Shown here piece by piece: positions 13,400 to 25,127 of a stretch of 64,000 nt of DNA. Origin of the DNA: Azolla caroliniana (lineage: Eukaryota > Plantae > Polypodiophyta). Under the pieces are notes generated by a model that had not been told where the DNA came from, did not search any database, and saw only the letters and a program-made list of their open reading frames with translations. The stretch spans positions 21,018,001 to 21,082,000 of the forward strand of contig JBHGNT010000003.1 in NCBI GenBank assembly GCA_043228905.1, in the 5' to 3' direction. A program made the position numbers and the translations under genes. The stretch's first letter is position 1, and each line of letters begins with the position of its first letter.

Positions 13400-14230
13400 A
13401 CTTCAGCGCCATAAAGAAGCTCTAGTGTCACCAGAGTGTCAAGAGATATATTTCTTAAGAAACCAATATTGCTTTTAAGTGATGGTACCAGATTGATTCC
13501 ATCTATAATTGTAGGGGAAGCTCAACCCCAATATATTTGAAGCTTTCTATAGTTTCAAGTGGCTCATTATTGTCGAGAATGTATGGTTTAACCTTATTTT
13601 GAGTTTGCACAAGCATAGCCTTGGTTTTGGAGCTATTGACACTCAACTTAATGTGGATGGAAAAGTTTTCCTATATATTCGTGAGCTTTATTCCATCTTT
13701 TAAAGTATTTGCAAAATCACTACATCATCAATAGATAATAAATGCATCATAATTCATAACTCCATTCTCGATGGTAGCTTCTTGAATGTCTTCTTTCTTT
13801 ACAAACCCGTAAACCATTTTATCCAATTTATCAATGCACAATCCAGATTCCAAAGAGAGTTGGCAATAGCAACATCCTGGCAAGATATCAATATTGATAA
13901 TGATGTTATTTAAATTTTTATCCCCATTACACACATAACAATATTCATAGTGATGTTCGTGCGGCACCAAATCAAAAACCTTCTTCAAGTCTACAAGTTA
14001 CAATATAATTCCTTATTTTGAAACAACTTTCCCTTAGTAACACTCAAAGAGTGACAAGGTGATCAATATCATATTTTTTCAACCCTCATAGCATTTAACT
14101 TCTATTACACATTCAAATAAATTTCCATAAGAGAGAGACCATGATTGCTCAATAGTTGTTTAAACTATTTATGTCCCCCCCCCCTTTATGTAAAGGTTTG
14201 ATCCTATAAGTACTCCGACTGTGAGACACA
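13400..14230 (-). mobile_element. Degenerate RTE-like LINE reverse transcriptase remnant
   Basis: Frameshifted minus-strand translation gives IKPLHKGG..NNY.AIMV, IDHLVTL.VLLRESC and VDLKKVFDLVPHEH. Boundaries approximate. Confidence 0.7.
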
Positions 14231-17100
14231 TCATGTTGCGGTGCACTCCAACAATGTGCTTCCTTTCTCATGCATTTGAGTATTTAGCCTTGATAACTTG
14301 TAGAATTCCTCCCTTGCGAGTGGCCAACTCCTTAACTCGTATGCATATATCCTCAATAGTAAAAAGTAGGAAAGCATATGTGAAAGAGAACCACAACACA
14401 CCATTTTTCCCACATTTGGTTGCTTATATAATTTCTTTAAATGGATATTATGTCCATAAGAGTTAAGTTGTTATAATTCTCAACACATTTCCCCGATAGT
14501 TTCTCCAAAATGGTGTGGAGAAATTGTTTATTAACTTCCTATATTCTTCTATTTATTTGAGTAAGTCTTTTGTATGCATGTAAATAGCTTTGATGGTTTT
14601 CCTTATCTTTCCAAGGTATCTAAATGCATAAATTACTTTTGTGCTTCATTTGATTCCTTACCAAACCATTCTTTTCCTTGAGGTATGTTTATTGGTGCCA
14701 TTGCAAGGCACATGCTTAATCGAAAAAACATTTCTTTGCGCATAACGAAATGATCCAATTTGCATTCTAGTATTACACCGTTTTGAAACTGTCTATATAG
14801 TGCATCCTCAACTATCGTGGCATACATAGGTGCGCATTTTATGAAGTCTATGCACAAATATGAATGGTTTGCACTAAGGTTGAAGTCCTATGATCCGATT
14901 CCAAATTCCATTGTAGTTAACATTTATAATGAAATCCAATATATCTTCTAAGAATGACGTATATTAAGTCATATTTGTTTTGTTATGTTTTCAACATGAA
15001 AAATCATTGGTGTAATTCCATAAAGGTATGTCACTACAATAAGCATTGTAGTACTATTACATATCATAGAAGTAACTTTCCACATTGATCTAGATTCTAG
15101 ATCTCTTCAATCCATAGAAGAGAGACCATGCATGTGTATATCCTCTTCCATTTTTAAGATACACGACATGAAATGTTTTTTGTGCATCAGGTTGCAAAAT
15201 TCGTGTGCAGTGCATGTCACCAAAGACAATAACCTATCCCTTGACTTTGAATGAAGGAAGGTCATCTTCTATATTGACAAATTCTTGGTCTCTATCTAAA
15301 CAACATAAAAATTGGAATCATGATGATGGATATTGCATCGAACTACAAAAATGAGAATGTCATTATTTTAAGCCAATCAAACTTGTGAGAGAATGTTTGG
15401 GAAATTCTTGCAAAAGTCACGAGAGATATTGTTCGGAAAGGTCATTTATATGTCAGTCAAACTTTTAGAAGTTGTTTCATTTGATAGCCAAAAAGAATAT
15501 AGCATGTTGTAACTTAATAAGACACTCTCATTTTGTAAGGAAATTGTGGTGTGTAATAAAGCACTATAATCCAATATCATTCATATATATATATATATTT
15601 CTCAAGTTTACTTGGTGGTTAAACCACCAAAGTCACTATAGTGAAAGCTGTTAAAAGTATATAGTGTGATTTTCAATCATCTATAGTGTGAAGTAATAGC
15701 ATTAAAATATATGTGTCACATTGTCATTGATGGGATGCCATTCAAGTCCTTATTTGTGTGTGTGTGTGCACATGCATGCATGCATTATGTTGAACAACAT
15801 TCTCATCTTTGATTACAGAGGAAGTGCAACTCTCCTATAATTTGTCGAATTCAATGACATTGTCATGAATAGAAAATCATGTTCTACGTTCTTTCTATGT
15901 CTTTACTACATAAAAGAAAACTCTTTAATGTTAGAAAATCAATGATATTTTGGTTAGGGTTTCAACCTCGAGGATGTCTCAAGTAAAATTTTAAAGCCAT
16001 TTTTACCTCGAAGGTAATATCGACTTGTTAAACTACTTGATTGAAAAACTAAACACATGTGTTTTTTATGATGGTTGTAGAAAGGAACTTGCAAAGTCAT
16101 TATTTTAGAAGTTTTGAACCCTTGTGCTCTCGAAAGTGAATCATAAAGCCATTTTTTAGTGACAAAAATGTTCGTGTGAATTATTTTAATTAAAAACATA
16201 ATGGCTTTTGGTAATAGTTTTGATCTCTTAAACTTAGAAGTATGAATGTTATTTATAGTGACTGTAGTCACAAAACTATGCTCAATGAGAAGGCCTGGAC
16301 GAAAGAATGTGGCCAAGTTGTCAAACAATTGACAACTTGGCCACATTCATATACCAAGATCTTGTCACATGTTTTCTAGTCTTTGGAGAGATCAAAATTT
16401 GTGGTGAGCTTGACCTTGATTTGCATTTCTTAAGATGATCACATCCTATAGAAGGTAATGATGTGATTTATAATTTGTTTACATAGTTACAAATTACAAT
16501 CAATTGCCTCGAAAAAATCACTTGCCTGGAAGAGATTTGGGCAATGGCCGACTTTAATGTGAAATGTGGGCGTGCTCACATCAGAAAGATTCAAAGTTCA
16601 ACCTTACTTTATAAATGGGTTATATGTATGGGCCCTCGTAAAATAGAAAGAAAAGGAAAATCCATGTGTGATTCTCAATGAAGAGTATATGATGTGGTCC
16701 ATATACTTTTCTTGTAGGCTTAAAGTCATGTTGTCTTCTCATAAACTTATTGAATATAAGAAAAGAGATTAACATGATGATGGCTTAACTTACACTTCAT
16801 CACTTAAATTAAACTATAGCAATGGAATGAAATTAGAAGTCAAACAATACACAACAAATGGTTCCTGTTTCTTGCTAGCCATGTTTATGTAAGAGAAGAG
16901 CTTGAGCACTCAAAATAAAAACTTAAGGTCTAGGATCAAAGTTGGAGAGCTAGGGGACATGTATAACTAGTTTTGTTATTGTGGACATGTATTATTATTG
17001 GAGGTGTTGGGGAAGTTTTCAAGGTAATATGTCTAATACCCACTTAGCAATGATATTGGCATTATAAATCTAAAATTTGCGATAATAGACATGCATTTAT

Positions 17101-18421
17101 AATTTGCAATGAGGTTGAGGAGGATTGGATCTTGTACGTGGTTGAAGGCAACTACTTGAGTGCTTAGAATGGGATCCTGCTGGATATAAGTGGAAGGAAG
17201 AACAAGATAAATCAATAGGTTTCTTCGAGTACTCGACGTGCTTGGGGAGAAAGTTACGTTGGCATCATGAGAAGTGCGCCAAACAATGGGCCCATGGACA
17301 TGGAACTCATCCCTCCCCAAGAGGGTCAAAGTGTTTTCTAGTTAATCACCCATCGGGTTGTTCCAAGGGGAGAGTGGCTTGGGAAAAGAGGTGGCATGCG
17401 TAGTTGCAAGGCATGCAGTGTGAGTTTGGAGGACATCAGACATTGTTTGTGGAGTTACCCACAAGCCCAAGAAGTGGATAGAACCAAAAGTAGGACATGG
17501 AACTCATCCCATCGGGTTGTTCCAACGGGAGAGTGGCTTGGGAAAAGAGGTGGCATGCGTAGTTGCAAGGCATGCAGTGTGAGTTTGGAGGACATCAGAC
17601 ATTGTTTGTGGAGTTACCCACAAGCCCAAGAAGTGGATAGAACCAAAAGTAGGACATGGAACTCATCCCATCGGGTTGTTCCAACGGGAGAGTGGCTTGG
17701 GAAAAGAGGTGGCATGCGTAGTTGCAAGGCATGCAGTGTGAGTTTGGAGGACATCAGACATTGTTTGTGGAGTTACCCACAAGCCCAAGAAGTTTGGACG
17801 AGCAACTTAAGAATCTTGGCTCGATGCGGGGTTGATGTTCATGTATCGAGGGCTGCAGTCACTTGGTTGGCCACTGAATCGACTGCGCGGTTTCAAGGGT
17901 GGAATGGAAATTGTCCTTCATTAAAGGTGATGCAAGGAATTGTACAACCTTCCGCGCAAGGAGGTTAGTGATGAACTGGTTTAATCTTATTTCTACGTTA
18001 CGATGAGAGTTTCAAAGCCTTCAAGGGCCCTCAGATGCGAGTGAAGAAGCTAGACCTCAGTTCCTTCTGAAATGAAGAGGTTCTCCAATGCTGCAGAGGG
18101 TGGATGGCAAAGCAAAGTGGATTTATCAGCCACCACGGTGGCTGTTCCCTCCGAGTGTAGCTAACATATAGATGGATGTTGCCACGTGAAGAGATTGGAG
18201 GATGTCTATGTTGAATTCAGGTTGTATGAGGCTCAAGTGGAGGGTATGCGGCCGAGTAATTCTATGCTCATTGGATGATGTGGTGTTTTGGAGTTTTTTG
18301 TTGTTTCCTTTATACATGTTTTCTTTTTCGCCATGTAAGTTGGCCTATAAGATATGAGTTGTATATTATCCTATGTACATTGCCTTAACTAATGGAAGTA
18401 GTTTTTTTTGGAAAATAAATA
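17101..18421 (+). mobile_element. 5'-truncated L1-like LINE (copy F) with internal 159-bp triplication
   Basis: 17-bp TSD AATAGACATGCATTTAT at 17084-17100 and 18422-18438 with an A-rich tail. Motifs LEWDPAGYKW..FFEYSTCLGRK, CKACSVSLEDIRHCLW (x3) and KWIYQPPRWLFPP. Confidence 0.92.
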
Positions 18422-18580
18422 AATAGACATGCATTTATGTATGTCTCATTTATTAGATAACTAAGTGGCATTAAGTGATTCAATAACAACTAGCTTGTAT
18501 TGGATACAGTTTTTGAGTAAGGGTTTATATTTCCTAAATGTTGAGTAAGGCTAGGTTTATATGAGATCATTGTAAGTTGT

Positions 18581-18890
18581 AACTATATTAAATCAAGAGG
18601 TATTATATGTTCAACAATAGTTACAAAACGTTATGGAGCAATTTTATCGTCAAAAGCTATCAAAGTGCAAAGTTATGGCAATTACAAGATGATATTCCAA
18701 ATATTCGGTCTCATTTTCCTAGGGAGGCATACACCTTGAGTCGGGAATAACTATGTTAAATCAAGAGTTATTAGATGTTCAACAAAAATTACAAGACATT
18801 ATGAAGCAATTTTATCGTCAAAAGTTATCCAAGTGAAAAGTTATGGTAATTACAAAATGGTCTTCCATATAATTAGTCTCATATTCCAAG
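18581..18890. repeat. Diverged tandem duplication, ~168-bp period
   Basis: aactat(a/g)ttaaatcaagag..gcaattttatcgtcaaaag..aaagttatgg occurs at 18581 and 18749. Confidence 0.8.
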
Positions 18891-19972
18891 CGTGACAACC
18901 AACATTCGCTCGATCTAAAACAGTGCAAGTTAAACTAGGATATTTTGTTATTGTTGATCCCATCAAAGTCATCAAAATTTGTAACGAATTGATTGGTCCA
19001 CAAATTGATTATTATGGATAAGGTGATAAATGCATGACATGATTTTTATAATGTTACTAGAGGTGTTATGATGGAGTCTATTTCTAAGGAGTTGGATGTT
19101 GGTTTTGAAGAAGAAGAGGTAGTTGAGACCATTTTGTTGCACCTTTTGAATGAGGAAAAGTCTTGGTAGGGAAGACATAAAATATTATGTATTTAAGAAA
19201 TATGTATGCATTCTCAAAATTTCATTCACTCATATGTTTCGCAAGTGTTAGGATTAGGCCAATAAGTTGGAAGGTGGGCCTAATTAATTATCGTCAAAGG
19301 TACTATCTCTTGAGGCATTTCATCAATGGATACCCATTTTGTTGATGGGGGGTTTATACAATGTGTTTGCGAAGATATTATTACACTGACTTAAGAAAGA
19401 TTGTCCGCTATTCATTCATCCAACTTAATATGGTTCATTACATCTACAACTATATTGCATGATGTATCGACTGCTCAAATAACAACAAATTATGCTCAAC
19501 ATAAAAATAAAGAAGTGTTTATTTTAGATTTGGAAAAGACATATGATCATGTCAATTTGTCCTTTGTCTCAAGAGTGATGCATAGCTTGGGTTTTGAACC
19601 TTGAATTAGCATGGGTTTTGAACCTTGAATGTCTCTACTTATATGATATAATTGGGCAAAATGAAACAACTTATACAAAGCTTAATTGTGTGGCCACCAC
19701 AAATTCCACTCATTGGATTAATGCAACAATGGTGACCTCTCAATCCTTTGCTATTTGTCATCGCTACACATCTTTTGTTGGTAAAGTCATCAAACCTTAC
19801 AATTGGCGGTGTTATTTTGGGGTTACAACTTCTATCTAAAGGACAACCACTGATGTAATTTTTTTGCAGGTAAGAAAATCTTTTGAAGAGTATGCAAGTT
19901 CAAAATGAGTTTGCCTTGTTTTTAGGGTTGCATATAAATTGGAGAAAATCCCATTTGATCTCTTGTACTAAG

Positions 19973-20394
19973 TAACAATTGGCAACGGTTCGGTTTGAAC
20001 CGAACCGAACCGTGAAACCGCAGTTTAACGGTTCGATTCAGGTTCAGGTTCAAGTTTTTTTTAATGGTTCGGTTCGGTTTCAATAGTAAAAACCCGCGGT
20101 TTAAACGGTTTAATAGTTTCTTTTTTTAATTTTTTAATTTTTTTAAAAAAAAATTCTAAAAATTGTTTTTTAACAATCTTTTCATTTTTACACCTTATTC
20201 TCACATTTTAGGAACATCTTAAAAATTCTAAATAATGAAATATTATAAATTTTAAAAAATTAAAATTTTGACCTATGTTGAAAACCGAAACCGCGGTTTT
20301 TACGGTTTGAAAAATGTTAACGGTTTCGCAATTTGGTTCAGGTTTCAAAAAATTTAAATGGTTCAGTTCCAAACCAAACCATTGCCGATTGTTA
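19973..20394. mobile_element. Non-autonomous hAT-superfamily MITE, 422 bp
   Basis: Imperfect TIRs TAACAATTGGCAACGGTT / AACCATTGCCGATTGTTA and a perfect 8-bp TSD GTACTAAG at 19965-19972 and 20395-20402. An 8-bp TSD is typical of hAT. Confidence 0.92.
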
Positions 20395-20692
20395 GTACTA
20401 AGATCCGTTTACAACGCTTAGGATGGCAATGGTCAACAATAAATACGGGTATAAGTTTTAGACATTTAGGGTATCCATTAGGATTTGATGTGACAAATTC
20501 TAATTCATTGAGTGGATCAACAATATGTATTGGAAGTCTCAATCGTGGCCATTTCATATGTCACTCAAAGTGATGTAACATATTTTGGATATAATTTTTT
20601 ACCATTGCTTCATTGGACTTAAAAGGCATTACAAGAGATGTTGCAACCTCTTTGCTTATGTTGTGGTGAAAGATGGAAAATATGGGAGTTAC

Positions 20693-21978
20693 TTTAAAAG
20701 TTATTTTAGGAGCTAAAGTAATTAACACTACAGGTGACGTAATATACTTTAATGTGGATGATGATGGTAGGCTGTGGCATGTATTTTCTAAATCAGATGT
20801 GTGGATGTCCGCCAATGTTTTAGCGATTCAAGTAGTTGCAAGATCTGGAAAATAATGGTTCTTGGATCCACCCTTTCAAGAATGCTTATGGTGTTGTTCA
20901 TTGTGTGTTTTTCAAAAAAAGCCGCTTTATAATTTGGATTGGGATCCAACTGATTACCAATGGAAAAAACCAAATGCTAGTGGAAATGGTAAACACTTGG
21001 AGTTTTTCCAGTATTCAGTTAAGCTAGGTAGAAATTTATTATTGGAATCAAAGTATAAATGCCCTGCTGCCATGAAGCATTGGACTGCAAATAATGTGAA
21101 TGCATTGCAACTTACAAAATTTTGGAAATGGTTGTGGAATATGCAGTTGCCGAAAAAAGTGATTTGTTTTCGTTGGTTGTTGATGCATTATGCTCTTCTT
21201 GTTGGTGATTGGTTGAGGCAAAATCAACAATATGCTTGTGGAATGCATTGTGGTGCATCTACAGAATCTATTTTGCACTTGTTTTGGTTATGTCCCAAAA
21301 TCAAGCAATTCTGGAGTAAGTTGTTTTTATTACTGAGACACCATTATGCTCGTTCTATCTTCTCGTGGGGTGCAGTATTATGGGGTGTCCTTCATGGAGA
21401 TGTTATGAAGTATGAAAGTATGCATGCTTCTCATGTTTTTCACTTTTCCAATGGGTACATTTATCTCACTTCATTTCCATCTTTTTATTCCACGGTTTAG
21501 AACTGAAATTTTGGTTATTTGGCGTACTATTACGTCATTAGCTCTTTGGACAATATGGAAAATGAGATGCAAGGTTGTTTTTAATAATGCTCACATACAT
21601 CTCAATACTATGCTTATTGAATTCTGGTTGTTATTTGTCCATACCTTACGTGGACAATATGATGATCTGCAGGGTTCAACTGATGCTCAAAGGCAATGTC
21701 AAGTGGACTTTAAGAAACGGTGGCGAGGGCTTCACTTATTTTCAGATATGACTTATGGTATAAAGTGGAATTATGCCATACCTTCTTTTTTATTGCATAG
21801 CTTGTAGATTGTGCTCCATTTGTTCCTTATATGATATCATTTGTTTGATCAGATGTTGGTATTAGCTTTTGTATTACAATAGAGGTGAGATGAAATGTCT
21901 CCTTCTGTTTTCTATATGTACATTTCTCAAGTAATATACTTTAAAGGTGTATCTTTCAAAAATAAAAAAAAATAAAAA
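20693..21978 (+). mobile_element. 5'-truncated L1-like LINE (copy B) nested in LINE A
   Basis: TSD ATGGGAGTTAC at 20682-20692 and 21979-21989; A-tail 21958-21979. ORFs 20862-21500 (PLYNLDWDP, zinc finger CGMHCG..ESILHLFWLC) and 21412-21807. Confidence 0.88.
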
Positions 21979-24196
21979 ATGGGAGTTACATGTATTTCAT
22001 GAAATCATTTGGCTCCTCTCTTGTTATATTACTGCTCCCATGCCCCTAGGTGTTCAACGATACTAAAATTGGATATGATTTGATGGTTTGTGGTTCTTCA
22101 TTATTGCGAGATATGTGTCGCGAAGAGCAACCATGGATATATATGTAATTTCATTTGGGGGAACACTATTGCAGACAATTCTGTAGCAAAGGTAGCTTGG
22201 TCGGTTCTTATACAATCTAAACAGAAATGAGGTCTAGGTTTGATTGACCCTTTTATGCAAAGTAAAGCCTTAATTGCTAAACATGTCGTTAGGAGTTTAT
22301 TGCCAGGTGATGAGTTATGGAAAAAGCTATGGATTCAGCACTTACATAAGGTCAAGCCCTCAGTAGGAGGGCAATGGCATGATAGTCTTAGGTGGTTTTT
22401 TAATTCAGATTTTCCAAAGTCCAATGTTGGATCATTACGTTTCTTTAGTGGAATTTTTCGGGCATGGGAAACTCTACGGCAAGCACTTGTTTTCTTGCCA
22501 CCGAAAAATTATCATCAATTCATGTGTCAACCTTTGATATGGAATCCTTTATTTACGGATGAAGCTGCATGTGTTTTGGGTCTATGACCGAGGTTATCTT
22601 GGGCGGCAATGGATAGTGGGCCAACCCGTACAGTTGCGGATTGGATAAAGTTTCTACAAACTTCAGCACACAACCAAAAGAGTATGTTGTCTAATTTAAG
22701 AGGGGCAAGGATAATGTTCTCTCAATTGTCCATGGTGTATCAAGTCACACTACCAACTTTGCAATTTGATTATGTTCAAAGTTGGTATGGTATGTTTTCG
22801 ACATTTAATATACTAATAGGAGCTCGTTTATATCATCATAATGGCAATTTTTATTGTTACGAAGTTTTGGACAATGGTAGATTGATATTAGTGGCAGAGG
22901 AGTCTTCAATTATGTCCAATGCAAAGCAGTTGCCAGTGAGAGTAATTGCTAGATTAGATAAAAAAATATTTTCCGATCCTAGTCCATTAATTGCTAACTA
23001 TGCATCTCATATTTGGGTTTTACACTCTAGGCCACTTGTCGATCTGCAGTGGGATCCATCAGATTATGGTTGGAAAGTGTCCATGTCTGACGCAACGAAT
23101 AAGATCCTTCCATTCTTCTCAGATTCGGTGGCATTGGGTAGAAACTTTATGTTGACTCAGACCGAGTCTGTCCCAGCGGGAAAAAAGTATTGGGAGGAAG
23201 GTAATGTCTCCTCGTCTCATATGAGGATGTTTTGGAAAAGGTTTTGGGTAACTAAATGTATGAATAAGATATTGCATTTTCGTTGGTTGATGATTCACTA
23301 TGCATTGCCAGTAGGTGAACTATTGAGGGGTCCTGTGAGTGATCGGTCATGTGTTATGTGTGGGTTTGCATCTGAGTCATTGCATCATGTATTTTGGGAA
23401 TGTGTGTTCGCTAAACGGTTTTGGTTTCGAATTCTTAGACTTTTAGGTCGTAAGTCTTTTGGGGAATGTTGGATCAACAAACGGCCTTTTATCATTATCA
23501 ACATTCTTCTTTGTCTTTACATGTGAGAAGTTTTCAAGTATTCCAAGTATATGCTACCTCAAGTTCCTTGCAGGGAATCAAGTTCTTTTTGCGGAGTTAT
23601 GTGTGGCAAATTGTTTCCTCTTTGGGTTTATGGGTTCTTTGGAAAGCTAGGTGTTCCAAGCTATACAAGGATGAAAATACTCATGTTGTAGAACAAGTTA
23701 AGTCTTTTTGGGACTTATTGGTTCATACGGTTAAAGGTGATTATGATAGTTGTAAGGGATCAGGAAACACAACTAGTCGAAAAAGAAGGAGAATTAGAAG
23801 AGTTTGGTCATCTATTCCTATCATGTTGGATGCAGAGACTAATGTTAAGTGGAATTACATACCGCCTCGTTGGTTGTTCCCGCCACCAGCACCGTCCTTA
23901 GAGCATACAACATGACTCAACATGGAAGAGGTGATTGGGGTACATAGTAAGAGTTTTTTCATAAAAGAAGTTTTTTGCGGTAATCTCCGATATGTTTGGT
24001 GCAGATAGTGAAGCAGATGCTTTACCTTACATAGGGATGATGATCTTTACCTGACATAGGGATGATGATCTTGATCCCTTAGATAGGATGAATGATAAGG
24101 TTGTTTCATAAGGACAAGAGTGTATGCATTCATTTTTGTTTATGTAGGTTTAAGCTATTGGGGATACTCGATAACAATGAGTTGATTGATGGGGAA

Positions 24197-24890
24197 TTTC
24201 GTGGACATTGGCAAGATGCTAATACGCGAGATGGCTGATGTGGACTGAATGAAGAAATTTTGTTTGTGATAAGGATGAGTGAAGATGTTGGGGGTGTCAT
24301 AGCCGACTATCATGAGTGGGTGAGGAAACTTTTACACTAATTTTTGTTTTTTAACGCAGGATTTTCGTGAACATTGCAAGATGTTAATCGGCAAGATGGC
24401 TGATGTGGATTGAATGAAGAATTTCTTTTTTGTGATAAGGACGAGGGAAGATGGTGGGGGGTTCGAAGCCGTCTATCATGAGTGATGAAACTTTTAGACT
24501 AATTGTTTTGTTATTTATATAGGTCTTTTCGTGGACATTGGCATGAGGCTAATCGGCCAGACGGTTTATGTGGACTGAACGAAGAATATTTTTCTGTGAT
24601 AAGGATGAGTGAAGATGGTGGGGAGGTCGAAGTCGACTATCACGAGTGGGTGAGGAAACGTTTACAATAATTTTTTGTTGATTAATATAGGATATGCGTG
24701 GACATTGGCACCATGTTAATCTGTGAGATGGCTGATGTCGACTGAATGAAGAAATTTTTCTGTGTTAAGTATGAGTGAAGATGTTGGGGAGGGTCAAAGC
24801 CAATTATCAGGAGTGGGTGAGGAAATGTTTAGACTAATTTTTTGTTGCTTAATACAGGATATGCGTGGACATTAGAACCATGTTAATAGG
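24197..24890. repeat. Tandem repeat, ~4.2 x 165 bp
   Basis: cgtg(g/a)acattg..agatggctgatgtggactgaatgaagaa..gataaggatgagtgaagatg recurs near 24197, 24361, 24525, 24692 and 24859. Confidence 0.92.
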
Positions 24891-24893
24891 TTC

Positions 24894-25127
24894 AATCTTG
24901 CATTGGAAAAAGCCAGAGAAAGGTATATAAAGACTGAGAAGATGGGCAGGCTGAAGAGAAACTAGGTTTTTTGGCAATGTTTAAGCTGATGTTTACAGGT
25001 ACAAGAGGTTGGATAGGTTATGAATCTTGCATTGGAAAAAGGCAGAGAAAGGTATATAAAGACTGAGAAGATGGGCAGGATGAAGAGAAACCAGGTTTTT
25101 TGGCAATGTTTAAGCCGATGTTTACAG
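24894..25127. repeat. Tandem duplication, 129-bp period
   Basis: aatcttgcattggaaaaa..aaggtatataaagactgagaagatgggcagg..gatgtttacag occurs at 24894 and 25023. Confidence 0.92.

Noticed and set aside
17396-17968. 190-aa repeat protein as a host gene
   Set aside because: It lies inside a TSD-bounded LINE and is the triplicated zinc-finger segment.
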